From the NCBI RefSeq assembly GCF_009914755.1, contig NC_060936.1: a stretch of 64,000 nt of DNA, one strand, 5' to 3'. Each line of letters opens with the position of its first letter. Within the stretch, counting starts at the first letter, position 1. Of the stretch, positions 15,202-28,664 are shown one piece after another. The stretch is from the human T2T-CHM13v2.0 reference genome, Homo sapiens. The notes below the pieces were generated by a model. It saw only the letters and a list, made by a program, of their open reading frames with translations. It made no database searches and had not been told where the DNA came from. Made by a program: the position numbers and the translations under genes.

Positions 15202-17756
15202 CAGAGGTCAAGAAACTTTTCCTATAAAGGGATAGATGGTAAATATTTTAGACTTTGCAGGCCCTATGGTCTCAGTTGTAACTACAGGCATACCTCAGAG
15301 ATATTGCAGGTTCAATCCAGAGCACAGCAATAAAATGAATATTGTATTAAAGTGATTCACAAATTTTTCTTTGTGTCTCAATGGATATAAAAGTTATGTT
15401 TACACTATACTGTACTGTAATAAGTGTGCAATAGCATTATGTCTAAAAATGTACCTACTTTCATTTAAAAATACTTTATTGCTAAAAATTGCTGACAATC
15501 ATCTGAGCCTTTGGTGAGTCATAATCTTGTTGCTGGTTGAGGGCCTTGCCTCGATAGTGATGGCTGCTGACTGATCAGGGCATTGGTTGCTGAATGTTGG
15601 GGTGGCTGTGGCAATTTTATAAAATAAAACAGCAATGATGTTTTCTCCATTGATTTACTGTTTCTTTCATGAAAGAGTTCTCTGTTGCCTGTCATGCTGT
15701 TTAATAGAATTTCACTCTCAGTAGAGTTTCCTTCAAACTTGGAGGGAATCCTCTTAAACCTAGCTGTTGCTTTATCAACTAAATTTATTTAATATTCTAA
15801 ACCTTTTATTGTCATTTAACAATGTTCACAACATCTTCACCAGGAGGAGATTCCATCTTGAGAACTACTTTCTTTGCTTATCTATAAGAAGCAACTTCTC
15901 ATCCATTCAAGCTTTACCATGAGAATATAGAAATTCAGTCAAATCTTCAGGCTCCACTTCTAATTCTAGTTCTCTTGCTATTTACATCACATCTGCAGTT
16001 ACTTCCTCCACAAACGTCTTGAACCCCCTGAAATCATCCATGATGGTTGGAACCAACTTTTTCCAGATTCATGTTAATGTTGATATTTTTACCTCCCATA
16101 AATCACGAATGTTCTTAATGGCATCTAAAAGAGCAAATATTTTCCAGAAGGTTTTCAATTTGCTGCACTCCTATCCATCACGAGAATCACAATCTATGGA
16201 AGAAGCTATAACCTTACAAAATGTATTTCTTAAATAATATGACTTGAAATTTAAAATCACCCCTTCATCCATGGGCTGCAGAATGCATGTTGTGTTAGCA
16301 GGCGTGGAATCATTAATCTCTTTGTACATCTTCATCAGAGCTCTTAGGTACACTGTCAGTGAGCAGTAATATTTTGAAAGAAATCTTTTTTTTCCAAGCA
16401 GTAGGTCTTAACAGTGGGCTTAAAATATTCAGTTAAGCATTGTGTTAACATATGTGCAAACATCCAGGCTTTGTTGTTGCACTTATAGAGCACAGACAGA
16501 GTTGATTTAGCATAGTTCTTAAGGGCTCTAGGATTTTCAGAATGGCAAATGAGCATTGCCTTAACTTAACATCACCACCTGTGTTAACCCCTAAAAAAAA
16601 AGAATCAGCCTTTCTTTGATGCTTTGAAGCCAGGCATTGACTTTTCTCTAGCTATGAAAGTCCTAGATGGCATCTTCTTCCAATATGAAACTGTTTAGTC
16701 TAAAAACAGTTAAAAACCTGTTGTTTAGTATAGCCATGTTCATAAATGATCTTAACTAGATCTTCTGCACAGCTTGCTGCAGCTTCCACATCAGCACTTG
16801 CTGCTTCAACTTGCAGTTTTATATTATAGAGACAGCTTCTTTCCTTAAACCTCATGAACCAACCTCTGCTAGCTTCAACATTTCTTTTGCAGCTTCCTCA
16901 ACTCTCTCAGCCCTTACAGGATTGAAGAGAGTTAGGACCTTGCCCTAGATTAGACTTTGACTTAAGGGAACATTGTAGCTGGTTCGATCTTCTGTCCAGA
17001 CCACAAAAACTTTCTCTATATCAGTAATAAGGCCATTTCTCTTTCTTATATATTCACTGGAATAGTATTTTAAATTTACTTCAAGTGCTTTTCCTTTGCA
17101 TTCACAACTTGGCTACCTGTTTGGCACAAGAGACCTAGCTTTTGGCCTATCTTGCCTTTTAATTTAAAATGAGAGGGGTGAAATTCTTCCATTTACTTAA
17201 ACACTAAGAGGACATTGTGGAGTTATTAATTGGCCTAATTTCAATATCGTTGTGTCTCAGGGAATAAGGAGGCCTGAGGAAAGGGAGAGAGATGTGGGAA
17301 AACAGCTGGTCAGGGGAGTAGTCAGACATGTACAGCATTTATGATTAAGTTTGCTGTCTTGTATGGACATGGTTCATGGCACTCCAAAACAATTGCAATA
17401 TCAACATCAAAGATCATTGATCATAGGTCACCATAACAGATATAATAATAAAAAATTGAAACATTGCAAGAATTACCAAAATGTGGCACAGAGACATGAA
17501 GTGAACACAATGTTGGAAAAATGGTGCTCATAGATTTGCTCAGTGCAGGATCAGCACAAACCTTCAATTTGTAAAAAATCACCATATCTGCAAAGTGCAA
17601 TAAACTGAAGCAAAACATAATGAGTACCTCTGTGTACTCAACTCTGCCCTGGTAGTACTAAAGCAGACGTAGACAATCTATACATTGAGGGTAGCTGTGT
17701 TTCAATAAAACTTTATTTACAACAATAAGAAATGGGCCATAGTCTTCTGATCCCTG
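15202..17756. mobile_element. MER58A hAT MITE split in two (15202-15284 and 17635-17756) by Tigger1
   Basis: AAACTTTTCCTATAAAGGG...TAAATATTTTAGACTTTGCAGGCC...GTAACTA | CTCAACTCTGCC...AATAAAACTTTATTTAC...GATCCCTG. Confidence 0.85.
15285..17634 (-). mobile_element. Tigger1 (TcMar/pogo) DNA transposon, near full length, with dead transposase
   Basis: TIR CAGGCATACCTC at 15285, decayed TIR at about 17634, TA on both sides; minus-strand ORF pieces [22 protein letters not shown] and [28 protein letters not shown] are pogo-type DDE transposase motifs. Confidence 0.95.
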
Positions 17757-18124
17757 ACATAAATTAATAGTAAGAAGCCAGAAAAAAAAAACTAAAGTAA
17801 AAAATTAAACCAACTTCCTCCACCAAAACAAACAAACAAAATTTCAGCTACCTGTTAGAGTTGCCTATGACAATGTCAATGAGGGAGGCAGTGAAGAGGG
17901 AGTAAAAATTATTTGCTGAGCTGTTTTGGTTAAGGGGGTGGGAGAAAAGGTAGTAGCTGTTCTTACACTTTGGTGAGAAGGAAGCAGAGACTAATAACAG
18001 AATCCATGCACATCTTTGTAGTTGCTTATACATGTGAGTATGTATAGTCCCTGGTACATATAATTCTCATTATACAGTTTGAACCTGGGAATTCTCAACA
18101 AAACCTTTTTAACACCATTATCAA

Positions 18125-18640
18125 CAGTCGTTCCAGTGCAAGTAATGAAAACCCAATCCAAATTGGCTTAAGCAAAAAGGCAGGGTGCCTTGGCTCTTGT
18201 TCCTGAAAACACCAGGAGTATTACTGACTTGCTGTAAAGTTGGCTATAAGTGTGTGGGCAATATCAATAGAAATCAGTGTCTACATTGCTCAGCTCAGAT
18301 ACTCTCTGACTTTCTTTATTTTTACTCAGGCTTACTTTCCCTTTGGGTGGGGCACATATGATCTTCCAGCCTTGCAAGCCCAGTGGGAAGAGAGTGCCAC
18401 CTTCCTTATGGTTCTAGAAAAGTTCTAGGGCTGACTCTAGTTGGCCTGAGCTGGGCCTCAGGCACAATGTGGAGTCAACTATTCTGGCAAGAGGGAAGGG
18501 AAATGGTAATCACCTAAGCTGAGGTTATGTGCCTCAATGCAGATGGGGGATCAACCTCATCTTAACCACACAGACTGAGAATAAGGGAGGAAGCACACTT
18601 TCGAAAAGGAAAATTGAAATGTTGTTATCAGGCTACAGTG
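18125..18640 (-). mobile_element. Old MLT1 (J/K-like) LTR
   Basis: GCAAGTAATGAAAACCCAATCCAAATTGGCTTAAGCAAAAAGG; GGCTGACTCTAGTTGGCCTGAGCTGGG. Confidence 0.6.
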
Positions 18641-20361
18641 AAATGCACACTAGGCTGGTAAAAAACATGAGTCTACTAGTTGGGCTTTATTTCATAAAGT
18701 TCCAAATTATGTTACACATAATTAAGCACAGATGTCTGAAAGAGATGGGCTTATCATCATAGAGTTATGGTTCCAATGTCCCTCTAAGTAGTGGTACTAT
18801 CTCAGCCATGGGCATATAGCTGGTATGAGGCAGATCAATAAATAAGGTTGAACAACCAAAACGAACTTATTTCAGTAGGATAAGTATAGCAAACTTTCCT
18901 GGGAGGACCTTTCTGAAGATCCTCAAACAAGATGGAGACCATTTTATAAACCAGAATCATTTGATCATTTGTTCTTGTTTTTCTTTAGTTCTCATGAAAA
19001 CAGTTAATGAGAGCAGGGGGTGGGGTGGAGGGTGTTACAGATTCCTTTCTAGGATGCTGTGACACTTGACTTTACCTTTCCTTTAGCTTGTTCACTGAAC
19101 TGGATAAAGACTTTGAAGCTTTTAAAAGCAAAATGCATATAGATTTCATTTTATCAGGTTAAAGAGATGTAAGTTTCATCTTGCCTGAAACAGACTCTAC
19201 CCTACCAACCGTGGATATGCGATTTCAGCGTGGCCACCAGCACCGCAGTGTGAACAAGCACTGACCTTTTAGATTATTGCCTAAGCCTTCATTAAGAAGA
19301 GCATCCAAAATGACAGCCATGCCTCTAAGGAAGCCCAGCATTCCACACTGGTAGCCCAAGCAGTGAAAATTGACTTGGCGTGGGATTCTCCTCTCCCGGG
19401 CCCCCATACTGGGAGCCAGGGGCACAAGACAGCATGTTGGCAGATTCCAATCACTTAGGAGCTTTCCTTTATGACTCTGCTTTGTAAGAATGCATCTAGT
19501 TAAATCCACAGGGTCATTGACTGTGGCTTTCAAAACAGGAGGTTTTATGAAGGAATGCAGACCTGGAATCCAAGGTTCAGAGCCCAGACCTTCAAACAGA
19601 TTAATCGCCATGGGGAGCGTCATAAGAGTTTTCCAACTTTGGCTTCATCCTGTGCCCTAGCAACCACAGGGCCCCTATTCAGCAGACCCAGGTTTCCACT
19701 ATGGTGTCTTGGACAGAGCATTGGGCGGGGAGCCAAGAACTGGGCTGGTCTCATTTCAGCTCTCCAACTGGCTTCTTGTGTGCCCCCTTGAGCAGGTTCT
19801 TAACTGCTCTGTCTGCATTTCCAGATTATTAAGTTAAGAGGAGAACAATAATTCCTTAAGACACACGCAGTTCCAGGGTAGGGGGTAGAGGTAAGACAGG
19901 TGGATGAGTGTGTGTGTGTGTTGGGAGGGTTGGTGTCTGGAGGGCAAGTAAATCATTTGTCATGGAGAAAGCATCCTGCTCTGTCTCGTGGGTAAAACAA
20001 GTAACTATCTGCTGCTTTTACATTTGCCTTCTGATAGGATAAAGAAGAGAGATGGGAAGACAAAAGAAACAAATAGGACTGAGATACAGATGAAGAACTG
20101 ACAGTCTATCCTGTGAGTTTAATGTAACCTTCCTTAAGAATTTCTGGAACCCTGTATTTAAATTTAAAACCATATATTTTTTCCAAATTTGAATTTTAAA
20201 TTACATTTTTCCCCAAAAAAGGGGACATATGAGAAATGCTAAATAAATATTTGTCATGTCAGTAAGATAATTTTAAATGTTTTCTAGAAAGCCATCCTAA
20301 TTAGCAGGTAGATTGCCTTCTGTACCAGACAAGGCAACCTATGGGATGTCCCTTCGGCTTA

Positions 20362-20620
20362 ATCATGGTAGCTAGCATTTACTGAGTGCCTACAGTGTGC
20401 CAGACATGGTGCCCTCACACTTAGATATGGGTTGTCCCATTTCTTCTTAGCACTAGCTGCATACAATAAGGTGTTTACTATCATCCTGATTTTGTAGATT
20501 GGGAAACTAACATAGATGTATAGGAATTAACCACGTTTCCATGAGGTTGTAAAGCTGGGTTTTGAACCCAAGCAGTTGAGCTGATTCTAGAGTCCAGGTA
20601 CTACCCCCTTCCACTACTCT
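20362..20620 (-). mobile_element. MIR
   Basis: AGCTAGCATTTACTGAGTGCCTACAGTGTGCCAGACA...ATTTTGTAGATTGGGAAACT...TTTGAACCCAAGCAG. Confidence 0.8.
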
Positions 20621-20710
20621 GCCAGTGACTTCCCTGTCTACCCATTACTGTCATGTGAGACGAGAGGACCTGGAACTGAAGGCACCCCCCAAGGAAGTGC
20701 TGGTCCCAGG

Positions 20711-20906
20711 CAGGATTGCCAGATTTAGCAAATAAAAATACAGGATGCCTACTTCATTTTGAATTTCAGATAAACAAAGACCGTTTACTATAAGTATAAC
20801 CCATGCAATATTTGGGACATACTTATACTAACAAATTATGTGTTGTTTATCTACAGCACATAAATTCAGATGTAACACGGTGTCTTATATTTTATCTTGC
20901 AATCCT
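20711..20906. mobile_element. MER53 palindromic hAT MITE
   Basis: AGGATTGCCAGATTTAGCAAATAAAAATACAGGA...CCCATGCAATATTTGGGACATACTTATACTAA...TATCTTGCAATCCT; TSD-like GTCCCAGG / CTCCCTGG. Confidence 0.92.
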
Positions 20907-23900
20907 CTCCCTGGGAGACATGGCTGCTATGGAAGGGTTCATTCCATAAATCTTGGCCAGTCTGGGATCTCGAAGGAAAGAGTTCCTTTTTATAACTTAA
21001 CACTTAGTTTCTGTCTCCCACCTAAACTGGGGTCAAAGTTACTTGCTTTTCCAAACTGGTTGAAATCGAAGTGCCTTAGGTGTTTGTAGTGGATATAGAT
21101 GACTTAGCATAAGGGAAGGATGGGTACCTGATGAATAAACGGGCCACTGTGTTTGTGGGAGGAGTTCAGAAGCAATTTCTGCTCAGATAGCTATAAGAGC
21201 TGTAGACCTGTACCCTCTAGCTGCCTGTCACTCAGAGATATATTTTCTTTGGCTCAGTAATTATTGCTAAGGCCCTGTCCTTGTCCACTACAGTCTCCAC
21301 CCATCTTATTTTTTTCACACTTGGTTTCTGGCCTGTTCCACTCCTTTATGTTATCTGTCTGTATCCTCTCCCCAGTCATTTGAGTTGATAACCCCTTTTA
21401 GGAATATAGCACCCCAGGAGATAACCAGAATTCAATTTCAATTTTAAAACTGCATTTGATTAGATATCATGATTTAGGCAAATGCATGCAGGTTTTAATA
21501 CAGTTTATGCAAATTCCCAACGATCCTTCTATTCCATTCAAATGGCAATGGCCACTGGTAAAATCCTAGTGGAGCCCACAGGTAAAGAATGCATGTGTGT
21601 AATTGAGCATTGGATTGAGTTGAGATTCTCTGAGCCTTGAAAGGGCAAATGGTATAAACATTAATAGAGGCTAACATGTAGAGGGAGGCCTAAAAGGCTG
21701 GACTGGAATGTGTTTAGTTTAGAGACAAGGAGGGACTTAAATGCTGATTTATAAACAACCCAGAACCAGATGCAAGAATATCTGTTTTCTGTGAATATGA
21801 TGTATCCTTCTTATAAGAGTCTCTTCCTCCAAAGAAATAAAAAGATCTGCCAACTATTTAAATGAAGAAAAATGGTTCTTGTACTTTAATTTTTGCCTGC
21901 TCTGTTATAAGGCAGATTTTGAATTAGGAAGATTTCAACCTTAATCATGGCACCATGTTCTGAAGAGAATCATGTTGCAAATTACTAATTGAGATCAGCT
22001 CAATTGTAGAAAAACGTTGTTTAGGATTTTAAGAAGTGATGTTAATAAATTATGCTCAAAATGTCATCAACCACCTTTTTTTTTTTTTGCTTTTGATCTT
22101 GTTAACCCCTTTTATTGAGCATCAGTGGATTAAAGAAAGTATTGATCATGGAAGTTATTTGAAAATTTTACAGTGTGAAAGGGTATTGGTGAAACTATTA
22201 AGTGGTTCTTCAACTTCCTTTGTCTTTGCTCAAAACAACTTCTGATTTATAAATGGTCTGGCCCATGTGTGAAGAGACTGGCTTCTACAAATGAAAACTA
22301 ACGTTTGGACCAGGGAGAAAAATGCATCTCAGATTACTTTCCTCTTTCTAACCTTGAGAAAGATAGGTGGTGAGAGGACATTGTAGGCGTTGCATATGGG
22401 AGTGTAAATGCCAAGGCCTGTTATGTATTTAAATCTGGCTAGTAACAATTTATCTTCATGTTCCTTTTATCCTCACACAAACCATTAGGTAATCAAGTTT
22501 AGACTATTCGCATACGTGTTTTCAATATTTATCTTCAGGCCATTTAAACCAAGGTGCATTTCCGTGATTAAAAGTGCACAATAAGGAGAGTTATGAAAAA
22601 TGACTATAAAAGAAGAAAATTGGAGAGATAAGCTAAATAAACGAAACCAATTAGAAAACAGGCTTCACAAAGAGATGAAAATACATGTAATTTTGTGGAA
22701 GAAATAGATAATGTTAGTTAAAGCTTTATAAAGTGCTTGTGGGGAAATTAGAATCAGCCATTTAAATGTGAGCAAGAGATGAACTGGTAATCAGTGGGGT
22801 TGATGGAGTGGGGGAATAAATTATTTGAAATTCAAGGTTTTAAATAGTGTTTCAATAGTGTTTTGAGAAAGGATGTCAGAAGACCAACATGGGCAAATTA
22901 CAGAGATCAAGATGGGAGGTAGTGAATTAACTTGAGGAGCCTGGTGGAGGAAAGAAAAAGAGTGAATTTTAGAAAGATGTAAGTGTGTTTAGGTGGGAAT
23001 GAATAACATACTGAGACTAAAATATGAATATGTAGCAGTAATAGATCATAAGATTCAATAGTTAAAATGATACAACTATAATAGGAAATAGAAAAGACAA
23101 AGCAGATGGAAAATAAGGTATTTTTTATTTCTCTTTTAAGGTTAAGATTTCTGATTGCAAATGGAGGGGAATAAATGTCAGGATAAATAAAATTAATGTG
23201 CATTTGACAAATAAAGGAAACAAATACCAATGAGAGATGCAATTACACCTCCCCCACAAAATACCCTAAACTAAAACATATTTAGCAATTCTTGATTTTT
23301 CTAGGAAGCAGTCCTTGAATATTTTTATATAGCCTCTTCATGTATTATTGTATTCAAATCCATCAAAGTCGTACAATTTCTAGCATTTTTCTCTCTTAAT
23401 TTGCAGTCATATTTGTGTCTTAGACCAACATTATTTCTCATTTCTATCACACATGGTGAGTTTCATGTCTCTTTCAGTATTTCCCAAGGGCAAGGAGCAG
23501 ATTTGTTATTTCATTTTCTTTCTCTTTTGGGGGAAAAGCACCTGCTCCAAGTGATTTCTCAATATTTTACTATTACACAAAAAAATTAGGAAGGGAAGAG
23601 AGTCATATTTTAAAGATTACAGACTAAAATTTAGAATGAAAGTTAAATTCAGAAATAAGTAACCTGGATAGAAAAATATTAACTGATGAGAGCCAATTCG
23701 AGCCAATGTCTAACCATAGGGAGGTCACTATGACCTTGAAGGAACTAAGATGTTTCAAGTCAGAAATGGTAAGTTAACTCCAGCATTATTTCACCTGAAA
23801 AGGCATATCCACATATACTTACACAAATGGATGTTTTTCTTTCCTTTGGGCAGGCCAAACCCATTACATAATTTTTCTAAAAAGGGTTGTCCTTTTGCTC

Positions 23901-26493
23901 TGCTGATAACTATAGAGTGGTTTGTACCTTGGCAAGATGAATGTCCTTAAGCCCTTGTCTCTTACCTTGAATTTGACCAGATTTTCTCCCAAGCATTTTC
24001 AAAGGCATTTGAATTCATTCAAAGGCAGAATGTCGCATCTCTGCACAGTAAAATGAATTTAACAACCAAAGCCATGGAGAAGATCATCTGGTAGGCCTCA
24101 ATGGCAGAAGGGTGGTCTACTGACATGCTTTTTTTTTTTTTTTTCATATGAACGATAACCTGGTCTTTGAGGAGAATCACAACTATAAGGCATAAAATTA
24201 ACAGTGATTGTTAATTTAGAGGCAGAAGCAAAAGACAGGCAACACTTTACGGAGGTGTTTTCATGTAACTTATAGTAGGAGCCGATAGATTCAGGTGCTG
24301 TTTCATTAACTCTTCTGCCTTCAACTCACTAATAGGCTTGTTGGCAGAATGCAGAGATCACACTATTCCTTATTATCAAAGGACCACTTGAATTGGGTCC
24401 CTCATATTAGGTCTCAATAAGGCCATCTCCCTGTTCTGAAGTGACTTCCCCCAACTGCATGATTAGGGGTATCCATTTGCAGTTTTCCAGTACAAAACAA
24501 ATGAAAAATTTTTCTGTGAAGCAGAAGTCTGTATTATAAGGCACTAAGTATTCTTTATGTCACCAGCAAGATTTAAGGAGAGTGTGGATCTTTTCTTTCC
24601 TGAAGTGCTAATGTGGCACTTCCTGGAGTCAGAACATGGCACAGGGAGCTGACGATGTCATTATGCACTTTGAAACTGAAAATTACTTTCAGCTGAGCTT
24701 CTACATGATTTTGGCTCTTGACTCTATCAGGTGGGGGCAGAAATTGTTTCAATGGAATGAGACTGAGAAGAGGTGAATTTGTAAGCATGGCTTCCAAAAA
24801 AAAGAAAGCACATTTCATGGCGCCTGGTTAAGGCTTTGGATTGTGGGGTAGGGATTTGAATGGTCTGTTGCTTCATATAAATTGAAATTCTTTCTGGATT
24901 TACCTCTAGTCTAGGTTTGAAAGGGTTTGGAAATTTTTTTTCCTCCTCCTCAGCCTTCTTTATTTTTAAACCTCTCCCCACTGGCATTGCAATTTTCTTT
25001 CCAATTTTTGTTATTTCATATTATAATAGAAGCTAGGATTTCTTTTCCCCCTATTCAGATCCTTTTTTTAAAAAATTTTTCCTCCAACTTTCCTTTCTTC
25101 ATTTCTTCCTCAAGTCTTACTAGTGGCCAGGAACAGTGTTGGAAGTGAGGCTGTGAAGCAAACAGATGATAGAACTGCAAGGAGAAATAGACACATGAAC
25201 TATATGAGACTGTATCAGTAATTGGCAGAGAAAATAAGTGACTTCAAAGCTTACAGTCAGAGACAGGCAGGATTATGAAACAGATGATAAGTCCTCTGTC
25301 ATTAGAGATCTTCTCCCTGGGTCATGCAGAGAGGACAAACGAGAGGGTCTGGGAAGGAGTTTTGAGCTAGATTGTATGTTCCATGAGGGCTCCTGACATT
25401 CCTAGCACTGAGTAGCTAGTATCACTTAGGCATTGAAGGAGCTTCAGTACTGGATGGTTGCATAGGGGATGAGAGGAGAAAGAAAGAAGGAAGAACTGAG
25501 ACAATTTAATCTTAAAAAATAAGTGAGTAGATAGCTAAGCACACGAGAATACTATACCTGGTCCGAGAGTTCAGCTGCTTGAGAGAGTAATGCAAGGGCA
25601 CAGTTTGAAAACTTTGGGGACTTGTATATATTGTTTATACATTTATATATATTATGCTCTGTTGGGGCACGAATTATGTATTTTTATCTTTTTAACCCTC
25701 AGTTATTTCAATGTGGTCCTGTGGCTTCTCAATGGAAAAGTATTATTGTAATGAATGGAGGTGGAGGGGGCCATGGGAGGATTTTAATTAAGGGAAAGAA
25801 ACGATGGATGCGTATTTTAGAAAGGTGACCATGGCATCAGTATGGATGCAGCCTGACAGCTTTAGAGTATGGATTATAGCAGTTTGGGACATGGCCCATA
25901 CTTTAAGAGAGAGAGAGACAGAGAATGAAAGTGAATTTTAAAAGGCAGCATGCATTGCTCTCTCTATTTTTATATATTTGTGCACTGCCACATGATGTAT
26001 TTCTTACAGTGTCATGGACAAAAACAGTTTAAGATACCATTTAAGAAGCATTGGATTAGTTTGGAGAAATAGAGACAGCAAGACAGGCTATATCTATAAT
26101 CAAGGCAGAAAATTATGACGGCCTGGACTAGGCAGCTGCTTTATGTTGCAAGGTGCTATATTAGGCTAATTTTCTGCCTTATTGTATCTATTCCTGTGTT
26201 GAATTTTACAGGACACTGAATATAGGAAGCAACTGGTAAATTTGAAGGAAACTCTGAAGTTGGGAAACTTTTATTTTGTCTTTCATTTGATACAAAGCTG
26301 GAACATTCATCCTCATCTTAATAAGCTTAATTTGTTTAAGAAAAAGAAATCTTTAAAAAAACATATTAAAAGTATTGCTGCTGATTTCCATGGTGTCTGA
26401 GTCCTGTCCCAGTGTTGAAGTGACCAGATTCATAGACATTTCAGAGAAGGAGAAATGGATGTGGTAGAGGGATCAGGACGTGTCATTGGAGGC

Positions 26494-26947
26494 TGTACTT
26501 GTTTCCATGGCTGCAGCAACACATCACTACAAATTGGTGGCTTAGAAGAAGAGAAATTTATTCTCTCTGAATTCTGAAGGCTGAAAGTTTGAAATCAAGT
26601 TGCAGACAGGGCCGTGTTCCTTCAAAAGGCTTGAGCAGAACCTGTTCCTTGCCTCTTCCATCCTTCTTTGACTTGTGGCTGCATCACTCCAATCACTGCC
26701 TCTGTGTTCACGTTGCCTTCTTCGATCTACTGTATCTGTCTTCCCCTCTGTGTGTGTCTTATAAGGACACTTGCTATTGTGTTTAGGGCTCACCCAGATA
26801 ATCCAGGATAGTTTCCCCAACTTTCCCTATCTCAAGATCCTTAATGATGTCTGCAAAGATCCTTTCTCCAAATAAAGTCACATCCACAGGTTCTAGGAAT
26901 TAGAACATGGACATATCTTTTAGGGGACCACCATTCAGCCCACTGTA
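26494..26947 (-). mobile_element. MLT1B/C MaLR LTR
   Basis: GGTGGCTTAGAAGAAGAGAAATTTATTCTCTC...CTTATAAGGACACTTG...TCTGCAAAGATCCTTTCTCCAAATAAAGTCACA...ATTCAGCCCACTGTA. Confidence 0.88.
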
Positions 26948-28664
26948 GCGGGGAGTACTCCTGGGTCAATAGTCATATATGACACTTCAGCAGAGGAAGA
27001 CCTGGTCTGTGCATTCGAGCTAACACAAAGGGGAGAAGGTTTCCTTTTGTGAGTGGCAGACACTTGGGCTTTGGTGCTGGGGCAGCCAGGTGGCAGGGTG
27101 AAAGAGAAGGCCCAGATTCAGTTGGGGTTCTATTTCTTTGTTATTGTGAAAAAGCATTTAGGAATTGTTAATAGACATATATGGTACTCTTCTGAAAAAA
27201 TAACCTCAAATATGTAAGGCAAATGTTTGTTAAGAAAGGGGCACCTACATATATAATTTGGGACAATTGCCCAACCTCTCAGGTTCTCAAAAACCTTGTC
27301 TGTAGAATAAGTGAGTTAAATAAACTGAATGAATCTAAGCTCCCACCCACTTTTAAGTTTAGTTTCTTCTATACGAACTCTACAGCAGGTGCATACCTCC
27401 CCCAGCCCACTCTCTTCCCTTCTGTATTATTAAGTGCTTGCAGTTTGCTCACATTATCACAAGATGGCTTGCCAGCATCCATGGAAGCTTAACCCCAGAG
27501 CAGCCTGTTTCTCTTTTAGTGAATGGGTCTCTGGAGAACTCCAGAATGGGAGCTACCTCCTTAAGCCAATTAAAAGTTTTATTGGCAAAATATAACTCAA
27601 TAATATACATATACCTTGTCACTATATCTTAGCAAGGAAGAATATTCAATTTGGAGCACCAACAGAAGAGCAGATGTATGTTTGTCTGTGAAGCGCGTAA
27701 CACAGTCCCGTGGAATTTTTAGATGTTCAGTAATTGCTTGTTGAATTTCAATGCGAAGGTCTAGGAAAAGAATTTATTGCACAGTCTCTACTTTTGAAGG
27801 AAACCTCTGGAGTCTAAGTGTTGTCACCAGCTTACCCATTTTTCCTTCCACTTCAGAGTTGGGAACCTGGCATTTTACTCGCCCTAGGGTTCAAACAGCC
27901 CCTTCAGCCTCAAAACCTCCAGCCTTGTTATGATATGGCTGTGTTCCCTTCCCTTCCGTGTCTGGAGCCCCTGGTGTTGTATTCACTCCAGGACTCCAGG
28001 ATTCAAACAGCCCTGCAGCCACTAGCAGCTTTGGCTCTAAATGGCCTCAAGCAGTTTGAACGCTTTGAGTCTCTGAAGCCTGGCACCTCTGGGCTTGTGG
28101 CTTCATTCCTGAAAACCCCCTACTTTACTGCCCCTTCCCTCTAGGCATCAAAACTTCAATGTGAAGCTGATCCCAATACCTAGCAAACACCCTTCTATGG
28201 GACTGCCTTCCAATCTGTGAGAGTCACCTCTCTCCCTGGCAGGCACTAGCCTTGACTTTTCCTTCTTCCAAAATAGAAGGGGAAAAAAGGAGAGAAAAGC
28301 AGAGCCAACTCATATGTGCTAATTTCTGAGATCTGGCCCAACTCTGGGGTATCCTACTCCCAGGCAGCTCAGAGGCTGCCTCAATTACTGTGACAACCCT
28401 GCATTCACAGGGGCTCCTAGCCTTCATTAATATTAATAGGGATTCCGCGTTCTCTACTTCAGTCTTGCAGGGTTAAACTTCAGTCTACCTTCCTGACTAG
28501 TTAAACCTGTTTATTTGTGTAGGAAGCTAACATTTTGGACACAGAAGTTTCCAGTAAACTTTAGATGAATGAATGACTCACTGAATGAATGGTTTAAAAT
28601 GCCTTGTGTCTGTAACAACACAAGATCATTTTAAATAAACAAAATAGAATAGATTCTTCTAGAG

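Noticed and set aside
16019-17618. Transposase-like ORFs as a TIGD/CENPB-like gene
   Set aside because: Short, frameshifted pieces inside a TIR-bounded Tigger1; no continuous ORF.
25556-25590. CTGGTCCGA resembling the 5' end of a Y RNA
   Set aside because: Match is only about 9 nt, with no downstream Y RNA stem or terminator.
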